Counted from the first letter of the stretch, positions 7,727 through 17,602 are shown. The stretch is DNA of 64,000 bases from a virus (IMGVR_UViG_3300020577_005800:6044-70043), one strand, 5' to 3'. Program-made: numbers and translations. The notes: generated from the sequence alone by a model not told the origin.

Positions 7727-7804
7727 GGCTGGGTAGCTCAGTTGGTTTAGAGCAGCGGGCTGTTAACCCGCTTGTCGGACGTTCGAGTCGTCCCCCGGCC
7801 TCCA
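7727..7804 (+). tRNA. trnN: tRNA-Asn(GTT)
   Basis: Cloverleaf with GCGGG-CT-GTT-AA-CCCGC anticodon arm, TTCGAGT T-loop and CCA; discriminator is T. Confidence 0.95.
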
Positions 7805-7812
7805 GTTGCTTT

Positions 7813-7866
7813 CGACCCCCGCGCGTGAGTCTCGACGATTCCTCTCGCGCGGGGTCGCCTCTTTTA
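7813..7866 (+). terminator. Long hairpin with T-tract between tRNA-Asn and tRNA-Glu
   Basis: CGACCCC(C)GCGCG/CGCGCGGGGTCG followed by CCTCTTTT. Confidence 0.5.
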
Positions 7867-7867
7867 T

Positions 7868-7943
7868 GGGGCGTTCGTCCAGCGGTCTAGGACGCTGGCC
7901 TTTCACGCCAGTAACACGGGTTCAAATCCCGTACGCCCTACCA
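7868..7943 (+). tRNA. trnE: tRNA-Glu(TTC)
   Basis: Cloverleaf with CTGGC-CT-TTC-AC-GCCAG anticodon arm, TTCAAAT T-loop and CCA. Confidence 0.97.
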
Positions 7944-7960
7944 ACGGAGAAAGGAATCAA

Positions 7961-8671
7961 ATGCTGAACGACAATTACTGGGAGAAGGTGATTGCGGATG
8001 GTTCGGTTCGTCCCCTGAAGGGGCATCTCACGTGTGAGAAGTACCACCAGAGCGTGGTGGAGCACGTGGAGGGAATCGGAGACATCCCCATCTCTGGCGT
8101 CACCGAAGGCGGGCTCGTCATCGTCGGGACGGACGACACCGAAGCGGAAGACGTGAAGGCGTTCATGCTCCGTGTTCGCATCGTAGGAGAAGACCCCGAG
8201 GCATGGAAGTTCCGCTTCTTCGGTAAGGAGCGCGACTACCGAACCAACTTCGAGACGCAGCGTATTCGCCCTGGGGTGATCATCGCTGTGCGCGGCGTCG
8301 CGGGCGCGAACCAGAGCAAGAACTCGCACATCATCGACATTCGCTACGACGAAATCGTGGCGATCGGCACGCCCAGGGGAGAGTCCCCCGCGATGCTCCC
8401 GGCCCCGGGCTGGGTGCTCGTGGAGCATCTCGACCCCGAGCCCAAGAGCCGGCTGCATATCAGCGCCGGGGCCGAGCAGATCACTCAGGAGGGTAATGTG
8501 CGTTGGGGACGGGTCATCGGGCTCGCTCGGGGCACTGATTCCTTCGGACTCTCGCTGGGCGATGAAATCTGCTTCCCCTCGCACGGCGGTGTCGGGGCGA
8601 CGGAACTCGTGCAGTTCGAGGATGGTCGCCTGCGCTGCTTGCCGCTCGACGACGTGTACGGTACGCGATGA
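7961..8671 (+). CDS. Tandem GroES/Cpn10-like co-chaperonin
   Basis: Two GroES-like units: RPLKGHL...GVIIAV...IRYDEIVAI and PAPGWVLVE...GRVIGL...GDEICF...LDDVYG. Confidence 0.65.
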   Translation: MLNDNYWEKVIADGSVRPLKGHLTCEKYHQSVVEHVEGIGDIPISGVTEGGLVIVGTDDTEAEDVKAFMLRVRIVGEDPEAWKFRFFGKERDYRTNFETQRIRPGVIIAVRGVAGANQSKNSHIIDIRYDEIVAIGTPRGESPAMLPAPGWVLVEHLDPEPKSRLHISAGAEQITQEGNVRWGRVIGLARGTDSFGLSLGDEICFPSHGGVGATELVQFEDGRLRCLPLDDVYGTR

Positions 8672-9057
8672 AAGTCCCAGTCCAACGAGAGCCGGCTATC
8701 TTTGACAAGCATACGTATCCGTGCCGGATTTCGTTGGTCTGGCACCCTCGTGCCTGGAAAGCGTTCTGTGAGCGACTCGGGCTGGTGGATCGGAAGTACG
8801 AGTCCGATTCTGCCGCCCGCGTGTCGGTCTTCTCGAAAGATGAGTGCTATGACGAGATCGTGATTGTCTTTTATCTTGAGTATTTGATGTCCCGCGATCG
8901 GGACTGCATCCTCGGGCTGATTGCTCACGAACTCGTTCACGTTCTCCAGTACGTGGAAGAAGCAATCAACGGCAAGCTCGGAGACGAGGGACAGGCGTAT
9001 CTCGTCCAAGGGCTGATGATGTGGGCGCTCGACGAATTGAAGAGGTTCCTGAGATGA
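8668..9057 (+). CDS. HExxH metallopeptidase-like protein
   Basis: IAHELVHVLQY motif with downstream EGQAY. Confidence 0.6.
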   Translation: MKVPVQREPAIFDKHTYPCRISLVWHPRAWKAFCERLGLVDRKYESDSAARVSVFSKDECYDEIVIVFYLEYLMSRDRDCILGLIAHELVHVLQYVEEAINGKLGDEGQAYLVQGLMMWALDELKRFLR

Positions 9058-9206
9058 GTGCTCGTAATCGGTACAAGCGCGAGAGGCGGCTCCGCTTACA
9101 GAGGGAGCGCGAGCGCCCAACACCCAATTTCGTCATCGACGGCATCATCAAAGAGATGCGGAAGATCGCCCGTCATCTCTGTATCGCCGACGTGATCGAG
9201 GGATAG
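9054..9206 (+). CDS. Small basic hypothetical protein
   Basis: ATG overlaps the upstream TGA (ATGA). Confidence 0.5.
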   Translation: MSARNRYKRERRLRLQRERERPTPNFVIDGIIKEMRKIARHLCIADVIEG

Positions 9207-9207
9207 G

Positions 9208-9942
9208 ATGTTCGTCCCCAGAGGCAAGTTTTCGCGCGGGGTCGCAGACCTGAAGCGGCGATTGCGGAAGATGATAATTCCGCCCATCCCGCACGTGCCT
9301 TTGATTGCCTTCCCGACCGTTTATCAGGGGCTCGACCGTTACACGCATTTTCGGATAAAGGCGCCGGTTGAGCCCCTGGAACTTGGGGACCTCGAACGCA
9401 TCGTCCAGTTCTACCTCGATCAGGAGAACTGGGATTATGCGTTTGCCTCTATCGCCGCGACGTATTTGGGAGACCTGGACACCACTGTGACGACTCGCAT
9501 GGTGTGGTTCCAGGGAGCACCAGGACGTTCGCGTGTGTGGTGGAGGCACGATAACGTGCTTCTGCCAGTGCCGATGACTGGGGCTGTCCGCGCCGTTGTG
9601 GAGACGTGGTGGGCGTTGTCGGGCGGGTATCGCGCTGAATGGGCGATGAAGGTTGACCGACACGACTGGAGGAAGCACGTCGTTTCACTGGGAGGCCCAA
9701 TAACGCTGCACTGGCCTCGCGAGAACCCTGTTGCCGTGGTGTCGCGGCTGATGCGGTGCTTCGAGGAAAAGCGCGGTTATCCGGTGCTGGCGAAGTATGA
9801 ATATCCCGATCACGAGCCGTTCGACGAATGCTGGCTCACGGAGCAGTGTCAGATGCTACCCGTGGAGCTACTCGACCGTGTTCGTCAAAGGAATCGCAAT
9901 CGTTTGCGATCCGCCGCCCCCAATCTTCCCACGAAGTCATAA
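9208..9942 (+). CDS. Hypothetical protein
   Basis: 244-aa ORF. Confidence 0.7.
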   Translation: MFVPRGKFSRGVADLKRRLRKMIIPPIPHVPLIAFPTVYQGLDRYTHFRIKAPVEPLELGDLERIVQFYLDQENWDYAFASIAATYLGDLDTTVTTRMVWFQGAPGRSRVWWRHDNVLLPVPMTGAVRAVVETWWALSGGYRAEWAMKVDRHDWRKHVVSLGGPITLHWPRENPVAVVSRLMRCFEEKRGYPVLAKYEYPDHEPFDECWLTEQCQMLPVELLDRVRQRNRNRLRSAAPNLPTKS

Positions 9943-10264
9943 CAGCCGGATGAAGCGCTAGAGCGTAAACCCGTACGGGCCAATTCTCGCTCACTGCTAG
10001 TCGTCCGTCAACGAGCACGCATTTCATACCCAGAGCCCCGAGAGCGTGGCGCAAGTCACGTAGTTCCTTGGGGTCTTTCGGTACGGTCAGGAATGGTGTA
10101 TTAGCCAAGAACGCATGCTGGAAATGCTTGAGAGCGCTTGCGCACTCAGGTGTCCAGCGACGGCCTTTGCGGTCTTCTCCCTTACGGGCCAACTCTCCGG
10201 TGTGAACGCTAAATGATTCAATCCGGATGCCTCGGTTACGTAGGTGTTGCTCAAGCAGGTTCAC
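9836..10264 (-). CDS. Hypothetical protein on the minus strand
   Basis: GTG start with GAGGT RBS; fills an otherwise empty gap; 3' end overlaps the preceding + gene by about 107 nt. Confidence 0.45.
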   Translation of the reverse strand: MNLLEQHLRNRGIRIESFSVHTGELARKGEDRKGRRWTPECASALKHFQHAFLANTPFLTVPKDPKELRDLRHALGALGMKCVLVDGRLAVSENWPVRVYALALHPAVMTSWEDWGRRIANDCDSFDEHGRVAPRVASDTAP

Positions 10265-10275
10265 GGGCCACCTCA

Positions 10276-10300
10276 GTTACATCTCTGTTGAGATTGTAAC
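10276..10300. promoter_or_regulatory. Inverted repeat between divergent genes
   Basis: GTTACATCTC-TGTT-GAGATTGTAAC with one bulge. Confidence 0.45.
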
Positions 10301-10333
10301 CGTCTCGTGGTACCTCCACAAGATGGAGGTGGT

Positions 10334-10846
10334 ATGGAACCACAACGCCCCGGCTGGCAGCACTGTCTCCCGGAAGAAATGAAGCAAATGATGGAGGTCA
10401 CGGATGCTGATCTCGACGACACGGCGGACGGTCTCCGGCGCATGGAGACTCTCGCTCGCGTGTCGTTTCGTCGTGCGTTGGAGGGCGTAGCCCAGCAACA
10501 GTACGCTCCTAGCGAAATCGTGGAGATGGGCGACAGCCGTGACGTTCCGGTGATTTCGCCTCTGTCCGACAAGGATGTCTCCAAGCGGGTCGAAGTCGCG
10601 CTCACGGCCGAGAAGGCTGTCTATGAGATGCGCAAGACGCGACTCGAACTGAAGAAGGAGCACGCGGACAAGGTGAAGGACAAGCCGAAGCCGGCGAATC
10701 TCACATTCCAGATTACCGCGCCCTCGCCAAGCAATCAGGTTCAGAAGCTCATTCGCTTGGGCCGGACCAAGGACGCGCGCGAACTCGCGAAGTACCACAA
10801 TCTGGATTACGAGGTGCTGGAAGCTGAACTTTCGGTGGAAGCATGA
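10334..10846 (+). CDS. terS: Probable terminase small subunit
   Basis: Directly upstream of TerL with ATGA overlap; helical and charged; GGAGGT RBS before ATG 10334. Confidence 0.55.
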   Translation: MEPQRPGWQHCLPEEMKQMMEVTDADLDDTADGLRRMETLARVSFRRALEGVAQQQYAPSEIVEMGDSRDVPVISPLSDKDVSKRVEVALTAEKAVYEMRKTRLELKKEHADKVKDKPKPANLTFQITAPSPSNQVQKLIRLGRTKDARELAKYHNLDYEVLEAELSVEA

Positions 10847-13371
10847 GCGTCGTACGTGTCAAAGACGGCGGCCTCGCCTTCGACCAGCGAATGGAGGAAA
10901 TCCTGGTCTGGCCGGGACAGGCGGATTTCCTTCAGGCGTCAGCGAAGAAGATCGGCCTCTTTACGGGCGCCGGCTACGGCAAGTGCTTTAGGAAGGATAC
11001 CGAGATCCTTATGGCCTCTGGAGAGGTCAGAAAGGTACAAGACATCGTGATCGGAGATCGTGTCGCAGGACTTACGGGAACTCGGATAGTTCAAAATACC
11101 GCACGAGGATTTGGACAGATGTTCGAGGTGCGTCCTGTTAAAGGTGAGTCGCATTTTGTTAATGCTGATCACATCCTTACGTTGGTGTGCAGCGGGACCA
11201 AGGAGTTCTCGAAGTGGAAGGATGGAGACCTTCGAGACGTGCCGGTGAGGGAGTGGCTGACCTGGGGTCCGGCCATGAAGAAGCGTTGGAAATTGTTCAA
11301 GGTTGGTTTAGATTTTGAGGGTAACAAGGCGCCGATTGAAGTGGACCCATACGTGTTTGGACTGCTGTTGGGCGACGGAAACATTACTCAGACAGTCGGT
11401 TTCACCACCATGTCTCCAGTGCTCGTGGAGGCGTTTAAGACAGAAGCCGCACGCTTCGGCTTGCATGTCACCACTTCAGGGGAGGATAGAACAGCGCCGA
11501 CTTACTATGCTGTAGGAACTGCCGGGAAGACCAATCCGCTGACTACGGCTTTGAGGAAACTAAGAATTTTCGGTAAGACCTCGGCCGACAAATTCATTCC
11601 TTTTGAGTACAAAACAGGGTCGAGAGAGGTTAGACAGCAAATTCTTGCGGGTCTGATGGATACCGACGGCTCGGTCAATCTCAATTGCTACGATTATGTC
11701 TCCAAGTCGAAGCAGTTGGCCGATGATGTGGTATTTATTGCTCGCTCCTTGGGAATTTCGGCGACCATCAACCAGTGCGTGAAATCTTGCCAAACTGGAG
11801 CAGCGGGAACATACTGGAGAGTTTCACTCTCGGACGTGAGTCAGATTCCGTCGCGTATAAAACCCGTTCCCGAGCGACGCCAGATCAAGAATCCGTTGCG
11901 TACAGGATTCGACATTATTCCTCTAGGCAATGAGGAGTATTACGGGTTTGCCTTGGACGGGGATGCGCGCTTCCTGTTGGCCGACTTCACGGTGACTCAC
12001 AACTCGAAGGTGCTCGTCATGCGCGCCTTGATGGATCACGCCAAGCAGGATGGCTGGTGGGAGGGCCGTCTGGACTACGACGAGAACCCGCTTGTGATGG
12101 TCATGGCCGCTCCGAATTCTGCATATCTGACTCGACGTACGGTGCCGGAATTTCGAGGCACTCTAGCGTCGTGGGAGGAGAAGATCGGCCGCCAACTCAC
12201 AAAGCCCACCGGACGCGCCCGCAACGGCTGGTTTGATTCAAAAGACGAACGTCGCTGCGAGATGGCGAACGGGGTCAAGTTCCTGTTCTACGGCATGCAC
12301 GACGAGAAGGCCGCCGTCGCATCGGACATTATCGCGCTGTACATGGACGAGGCGACGATGCTCGAAAACGAGCAAATCTACTCGCGCGCCAAGAACCGCG
12401 TTCGTGACTCTCGCGGCATGGACGGCTTCCTTCTCGTGGCCTGTGTAGGCACGCCCGAGAAGGGACACTTCATGTACGACGAGTTCTACGACCCGGACAC
12501 CGATATTCCTCGCGCAGGCGTCCAGGTGTTCGCGGATACGTCGCTGAACAACCCCACCCTCACGTGGAAATTCTGTGACGACATGGTGGGCAACTCGGAA
12601 GCCTATATCGAAATGCAGGCAATGGGTAAGTGGGTGAAAGGCATTGGCGGCCAGCGCTTCGCTCACCTATTTGAGGAAGAACGGCATCTCAAGGTGTTGG
12701 ACTGGCCTGTCGATTATCCCGGTATCAAGTACGACATCGGCTGGGATCCAGGCTGGTCCACCGGGTCCGTCATCGTTGCCTATCACCATCCCCAGAAAAA
12801 CATTTGGTGCATTTACGACGAAATCGTCATTCAGGGAATGAACACTGAGGATGCCGCCAAGGAACTCCTCAAGCGCGGGTACAATTGGAATAACATTCGC
12901 TATATCGGGATGGACCCTCGCGATGCGAGCAAGCACCGTTCGAGCGGCAAGCACACCGATGCGGACATTGTTTTCAAGGTTCTGCGCGTTCGCCCGCACT
13001 ACAAGGACGTGCGAGGCTACAACGCCGTATTGCGGTTGCGTCTTGAGGCGCTGGAAGAATTGCTTAAAAATGACCGCATCGTCTTCAACAAGCGCCTGAA
13101 GCCGACCAACCGTAAGAAAGGCGGAATCATCAACGGAATCAAGAACTTCGCGCTCGAAGCCATCAAGGACATGGACGAGAAGTTCGAGGACAAGCCCGAC
13201 GCGGCCACCATCAAATACTGGAAGCATCCGATCGATGCGCTCCACTACATCCTGATGGAGTACGAGCACAACACCTACGGCAAGGCCGTGCGCGACTTCA
13301 AGGCGGATAAGTTGGCAGCGAAGACGTTCGGCGGCTTCAAGAAGTACAGTCGGCACACACGGAGGTCATAA
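10843..13371 (+). CDS. terL: Terminase large subunit containing an intein
   Basis: Walker A GAGYGK|S split by the intein, Walker B LYMDEA, coupling motif VGTP, nuclease IGWDPG and HPIDALHY. Confidence 0.93.
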   Translation: MSVVRVKDGGLAFDQRMEEILVWPGQADFLQASAKKIGLFTGAGYGKCFRKDTEILMASGEVRKVQDIVIGDRVAGLTGTRIVQNTARGFGQMFEVRPVKGESHFVNADHILTLVCSGTKEFSKWKDGDLRDVPVREWLTWGPAMKKRWKLFKVGLDFEGNKAPIEVDPYVFGLLLGDGNITQTVGFTTMSPVLVEAFKTEAARFGLHVTTSGEDRTAPTYYAVGTAGKTNPLTTALRKLRIFGKTSADKFIPFEYKTGSREVRQQILAGLMDTDGSVNLNCYDYVSKSKQLADDVVFIARSLGISATINQCVKSCQTGAAGTYWRVSLSDVSQIPSRIKPVPERRQIKNPLRTGFDIIPLGNEEYYGFALDGDARFLLADFTVTHNSKVLVMRALMDHAKQDGWWEGRLDYDENPLVMVMAAPNSAYLTRRTVPEFRGTLASWEEKIGRQLTKPTGRARNGWFDSKDERRCEMANGVKFLFYGMHDEKAAVASDIIALYMDEATMLENEQIYSRAKNRVRDSRGMDGFLLVACVGTPEKGHFMYDEFYDPDTDIPRAGVQVFADTSLNNPTLTWKFCDDMVGNSEAYIEMQAMGKWVKGIGGQRFAHLFEEERHLKVLDWPVDYPGIKYDIGWDPGWSTGSVIVAYHHPQKNIWCIYDEIVIQGMNTEDAAKELLKRGYNWNNIRYIGMDPRDASKHRSSGKHTDADIVFKVLRVRPHYKDVRGYNAVLRLRLEALEELLKNDRIVFNKRLKPTNRKKGGIINGIKNFALEAIKDMDEKFEDKPDAATIKYWKHPIDALHYILMEYEHNTYGKAVRDFKADKLAAKTFGGFKKYSRHTRRS
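10984..12003 (+). mobile_element. 340-aa intein with LAGLIDADG homing endonuclease
   Basis: Begins CFRKDTEIL, ends FTVTHN followed by Ser; motifs GLLLGDG and LAGLMDTDG. Confidence 0.95.
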
Positions 13372-15092
13372 TGTACGTTGCTCACGATCTTGCGAATCCC
13401 ACCGCGACGTATGTGCCGGAGGAACTCGACGAGCTTCATGCTCAGCGCCGAGGCCACAAGAAATACAAGGAGTGGCTCTCATCTGAGTACACCGCTGAGA
13501 TGCGTCGTCGTAAGGACTACTACGACGGCACTCAGGTTGTGCAGAATGCGTCGCTGCTGGAGCAAGTGGACACCATCACACCGGATACGTGGAGAAGTAC
13601 GCTCTCCGGGCCGGGCTGGGACAACGTTCGCGCTATGCTGCCAGACGCGACGAAGGAATCCATTGTCCAGCCGATGACCATCAATCTCACGCCCGTCATC
13701 ATCAACAACCGACAGGTTGTCTATATGGTGCCGGCGAAGCGTCGAGATATCGTGAAGGACGGCAAGAAGGACGAGGAAGCCTCGAAGACGCTTGCCGTCC
13801 TGATGAAGGGCTGTCGTCACGATCTGATTTCGGATCAGTTGTGCAAGTGGACTGGCTTGTTCGCAACGGCGTTCCAGATGGTGACGTTTGACGAGCGCTA
13901 CAACCGTCTGAAGAAGACGAATCTGGAGCCGTGGCGCGTTCACGTCATCCCGTCGGCCGAGGCTCCCGACGATATCCAGCATCCTGATTGCTGCGTGGCA
14001 ATCTCCCAGAATGTCGCGTGGGAGTCGAAGCAGGACAAAACCGACGGTGGACGGACCGTGTGGCAGGTTTGGTGGCGTGATCTGTATTGGTACGAAACCG
14101 TCGAAAATCAGCCCTTCATGGATCCGGACTGCACCGAACCCGGCGTCAACGTCAATCCCTACACCGACGTGAACGGGGAGTCGGTGAAGCCGATCATCGT
14201 GACGCACGAGAATATCACGACGCAGATCCACGACCCGGGCTCGGACATGATCGTTCTCCAGAATCAAGCGATCGATCGCCATCTGACCGCTGTCGGAAAC
14301 ACGATGGAGTTTCAGGGATTCGGTGTTCCGGTGTTCACAGGCACCACGGTGGAAGAAGTCGCAGCCCAGGGGTATGCGCCCGCGTCTCCTATCGTGCTCC
14401 GTGACGATCAGGCGAAGTTCTCGTTCGAGCACCCCGCCGCGCCCGTGTCGGAGTTCGTGGCGGCCGTGAATCGCATGCTGAAGATGTTCGCACGTCTCCA
14501 GAGCGTCGATCCGGACATGGTGGATTCGGAGTCCAAAATTCAGTCCGGTGTGTCTCGTGCGCTCAGCCGCATGGCTCTCACGGAGCGGCGTGAACAGGAA
14601 TTCCCGAAGTGGCTGGAGTACGAGTGGGAGTCGATGTGGCTTTGCGCCATTATCTGGAACACTCACACCAAGTCGAAGAAGAAGCTCCCCACGGTCCATC
14701 GCTTCCCGACGGTCGACGAAACGGTGACGATGGAGTGCGAGTTCGGAGACTTGGAGCCCGTGGTGGATCCGCTCGCCGATTCGATCGCCATCAAGGGCCT
14801 GATGGATCTGGGTGTCGTGTCCCTGCCCGAGGTCATCGCCGCGAAGCGCCGTATCAGCATCACGGCGGCCGAGCACGTGGCGGAAATCGTCAAGAAGCAG
14901 AACGACAAGTATCGCCCTGCGACGTTGCTCGACATGGCGAGGGCTGCTGGTCCTGGAGGTCCACCGCGTATCGGTCAGAACGGCAATCGCCCGATGAACG
15001 AGGACAAGGAGCCTTCACGGGCGGGCGGGAACACCACGGCTTTCAGTGGCAATCAGAAGGTCGGAGCGCAGGGTCCGCAGGGCGCTAAGTAA
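13371..15092 (+). CDS. Portal protein (SPP1 gp6-like)
   Basis: Follows TerL; 573 aa; YYDG, NLTPVIIN and SGVSR motifs. Confidence 0.85.
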   Translation: MYVAHDLANPTATYVPEELDELHAQRRGHKKYKEWLSSEYTAEMRRRKDYYDGTQVVQNASLLEQVDTITPDTWRSTLSGPGWDNVRAMLPDATKESIVQPMTINLTPVIINNRQVVYMVPAKRRDIVKDGKKDEEASKTLAVLMKGCRHDLISDQLCKWTGLFATAFQMVTFDERYNRLKKTNLEPWRVHVIPSAEAPDDIQHPDCCVAISQNVAWESKQDKTDGGRTVWQVWWRDLYWYETVENQPFMDPDCTEPGVNVNPYTDVNGESVKPIIVTHENITTQIHDPGSDMIVLQNQAIDRHLTAVGNTMEFQGFGVPVFTGTTVEEVAAQGYAPASPIVLRDDQAKFSFEHPAAPVSEFVAAVNRMLKMFARLQSVDPDMVDSESKIQSGVSRALSRMALTERREQEFPKWLEYEWESMWLCAIIWNTHTKSKKKLPTVHRFPTVDETVTMECEFGDLEPVVDPLADSIAIKGLMDLGVVSLPEVIAAKRRISITAAEHVAEIVKKQNDKYRPATLLDMARAAGPGGPPRIGQNGNRPMNEDKEPSRAGGNTTAFSGNQKVGAQGPQGAK

Positions 15093-15805
15093 TGGATGAG
15101 CTTTGGGCCGAACTGGCGGGCATTTCCGATTCCTTCCTCGAAGAGGCGGAGTCGGTTGTGCCCTTGCTGGCAGATAAAATTCTGCGAGAACTGAACCCCG
15201 AGTCCGACGAGGATCTCGTCAATCTGGGATTTTGGTTGGCGCTGCTGCTGGAACTGATTGAAGAGAATCTCATCAAGCGAGTGCCTTTGGACCAGCGGGC
15301 CGAGGCTCTCACTCAGCAGTTCGGTCAGCAAGTGGTTGACACTTCTCCGCTTATTGCGCAGATGCGCTCGAATGTCGGTGTCATGGCGGCTCACGTCACG
15401 ACGAAGACGAGCGAAGCCATTATGAATCAAAAACGCGGAGAGGAACTGATTCAAGCTATCGAAAAGGCGATTGAATCCGGGCTGGCTGACTTCGTTCGCT
15501 CGCTCGACACCTCCATGTCCATGTACGACCGACTCTTCATGGAAGAGGTAGGACGTGGAGGGACTGGAGTGTGGCGATATGCCGGACCTTCGGATGCACG
15601 CAATCGTCCGTTCTGCGGCGCCATTGTGCGCAATAAGATCCTGTATACCGATAGCGGGATCGAGAAGCTCAATAATCATCCGCTTCTGCACTCGTATGTG
15701 CCGCCGAACGTCAAGATGCTCTGTGGCGGGTACAACTGCCGGCATGTCTGGGTGCCTGTCACCCGCGCACAAATCAGTGCTTTAGGATGGACGGTGGAGT
15801 CGTGA
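15092..15805 (+). CDS. Head morphogenesis / minor capsid protein (gpF/gp7-like)
   Basis: WRYAGPSDARNRPFC...GGYNCRHVWVPV motif. Confidence 0.85.
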   Translation: MDELWAELAGISDSFLEEAESVVPLLADKILRELNPESDEDLVNLGFWLALLLELIEENLIKRVPLDQRAEALTQQFGQQVVDTSPLIAQMRSNVGVMAAHVTTKTSEAIMNQKRGEELIQAIEKAIESGLADFVRSLDTSMSMYDRLFMEEVGRGGTGVWRYAGPSDARNRPFCGAIVRNKILYTDSGIEKLNNHPLLHSYVPPNVKMLCGGYNCRHVWVPVTRAQISALGWTVES

Positions 15806-16329
15806 GTTTCAAGGGCACCATCAAGCTCGACTGGAGAGCATCGACAACTTCCGACTTGCGTCGGGCTATTCGTACAAAGCTGGCGCCGATGATTCGCGAT
15901 CTCATCCGGAATCGCGTGCGTCTGCAAGGCATGGGCGCGGATGCCAAGCTCGCCGGCTATCACGAGGGACCTCTCGTTGTGGACGAGAACCGCAAGAAAA
16001 AGAAGTCTCCGAGCGGAGGGCTGCCGAAGTTCTATAAGGGCGGCTACAAGCAATATCGCAAGGATGTCGGGCTCGAAGAGGATAAGTTCGTGCTTGAGAA
16101 CACAGGCGCTCTCTGGCGCGACTGGCGTCATTTCCCCATCGCCGCAAGCACTGAGCCTCTCCTGTTCGGCTTCGGAGCCGCCATCAACGACGAGGTGGCC
16201 GAGGCAGCTATGAAGGGCTCTGAGAAGGGTCCACGCGACGATATGTTCGACCTCAATCAGGCGGAACTCGACAGCCTGGGCGGGGAAGCGCTCGAACTCG
16301 TTTTGGATAAAATATGGGGTGTCCGATAG
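15802..16329 (+). CDS. Virion morphogenesis (neck-type) protein
   Basis: Position, basic composition and LENTGAL motif; GTGA overlap with the upstream stop. Confidence 0.5.
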   Translation: MSFKGTIKLDWRASTTSDLRRAIRTKLAPMIRDLIRNRVRLQGMGADAKLAGYHEGPLVVDENRKKKKSPSGGLPKFYKGGYKQYRKDVGLEEDKFVLENTGALWRDWRHFPIAASTEPLLFGFGAAINDEVAEAAMKGSEKGPRDDMFDLNQAELDSLGGEALELVLDKIWGVR

Positions 16330-16333
16330 GGTG

Positions 16334-16363
16334 TTGACGACCGTCGGTTACAATCGCTACTGT
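16334..16363 (+). promoter_or_regulatory. Sigma70-like promoter candidate for the scaffold/capsid genes
   Basis: TTGACG-N18-TACTGT. Confidence 0.35.
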
Positions 16364-16435
16364 ACGCACACATAGGCATGGCGCCCATGACCCGGGCCTC
16401 CGCCGGGTAACCAACGGAGAGTAAGGGAGCGCCGC

Positions 16436-17044
16436 ATGAGTACGCAGGGAGCGCCCGGCAGCGAAGCCGGAACTGACAAGACCAATAACGACACCCCCTC
16501 CGAGATCGAGAAGCTGAAGGCCGAGGTTTCGCGCCTTACCGGGGCTCTCGGAAATCGGAACAAGGAATTCGAGGAACTCAAGACCAAGAGCGAGAGGGCC
16601 TCGATGACCGAGACGGAACGACTGAAGGCCGAACTCGCCGAGGCGAGCGATCGGGCTCAGGAGTTCGAGCGGGCAGTGAAGGAGAAGGATGCGGTGATCG
16701 CGAAGCAGGAGAAGGTGACTTCTCTCGTGAGCGCGGGCCTGAAGCATCCTGACTTCGCCGACGCGATTCTCAAGCGATACGACGGCAAGGAGGACTTCGA
16801 TGCCTTCGTCGGTCGCATCAAGGAAGACGACAAGTACCGTGGCGTCTTCGGAGAGGGTGCCGTTCAGACGCCAGCGGCGCCTCCGGCCCCTGGTACTTCC
16901 GGGTCGCGCGACCGCAAGAAGGCGAGCGTGATCACCGACGAGGATCGCGCGTACGCCCTTCGGACCTACGGCAGCGACAAGGCTCGCGCTGACAAGTTCC
17001 TGAAGAACCTGGAAGCGACCCGTGCTACCAAGCGAGAGGCGTGA
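16436..17044 (+). CDS. Capsid scaffolding protein
   Basis: Coiled-coil with a P/G-rich linker, upstream of the capsid genes. Confidence 0.75.
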   Translation: MSTQGAPGSEAGTDKTNNDTPSEIEKLKAEVSRLTGALGNRNKEFEELKTKSERASMTETERLKAELAEASDRAQEFERAVKEKDAVIAKQEKVTSLVSAGLKHPDFADAILKRYDGKEDFDAFVGRIKEDDKYRGVFGEGAVQTPAAPPAPGTSGSRDRKKASVITDEDRAYALRTYGSDKARADKFLKNLEATRATKREA

Positions 17045-17045
17045 C

Positions 17046-17576
17046 ATGAGCAAGGACAACCCCAAGCAGACCCCAGAAGCAATCATTCCTCCGGCCGCTC
17101 CCGCCCCGGCTCCTGCCGCGAAGCAGGAGAAGCCGAAGACGCTCGCCGAGCGCGTGAGGGCCAAGCTCGAAGCGGAGAGTCAGTCGTTCCGACCGACGCT
17201 CCTGGAGGGCAAGGCCGGCATGTTCGATCTCAAGCTCTATGGGCAGGACTACACGGCGGGCGGCCTCCTGGAGGCGCGCTTCGTCGAGAACCGGGACGAG
17301 CGACTCAGCATCGTTCACGCGAAGGGGTATCGGTCGCCGAGCCACTACGATCCGGAACTCAAGGACATCACGCAGGGCGGGCTCAAGCTGATGCTCCGTC
17401 CGAAGACGCATGGCGATATCGAGCGTCACCATCTCGACAAGATCATGCGCGAGCAGTTGGCCTCTGCCAACCCCGTGAACAACGCGGAAGCTCAGAAGGC
17501 GCGACAGGAATCCGGGGCGATCATCGAACAGGTCGACGCGCCCACGAAGAAGGAAGAGGTCATTCGTCCGGCCTAA
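17046..17576 (+). CDS. Head-region hypothetical protein
   Basis: ATG 17046 follows the scaffold stop; Pro/Ala-rich N-terminus. Confidence 0.65.
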   Translation: MSKDNPKQTPEAIIPPAAPAPAPAAKQEKPKTLAERVRAKLEAESQSFRPTLLEGKAGMFDLKLYGQDYTAGGLLEARFVENRDERLSIVHAKGYRSPSHYDPELKDITQGGLKLMLRPKTHGDIERHHLDKIMREQLASANPVNNAEAQKARQESGAIIEQVDAPTKKEEVIRPA

Positions 17577-17602
17577 TTCGGACTGACTAGAAGGAGGGCA
17601 CC

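Noticed and set aside
7561-7890. 109-aa ORF across the tRNA cluster
   Set aside because: It overlaps the tRNA-Pro, tRNA-Asn and tRNA-Glu genes and has no RBS.
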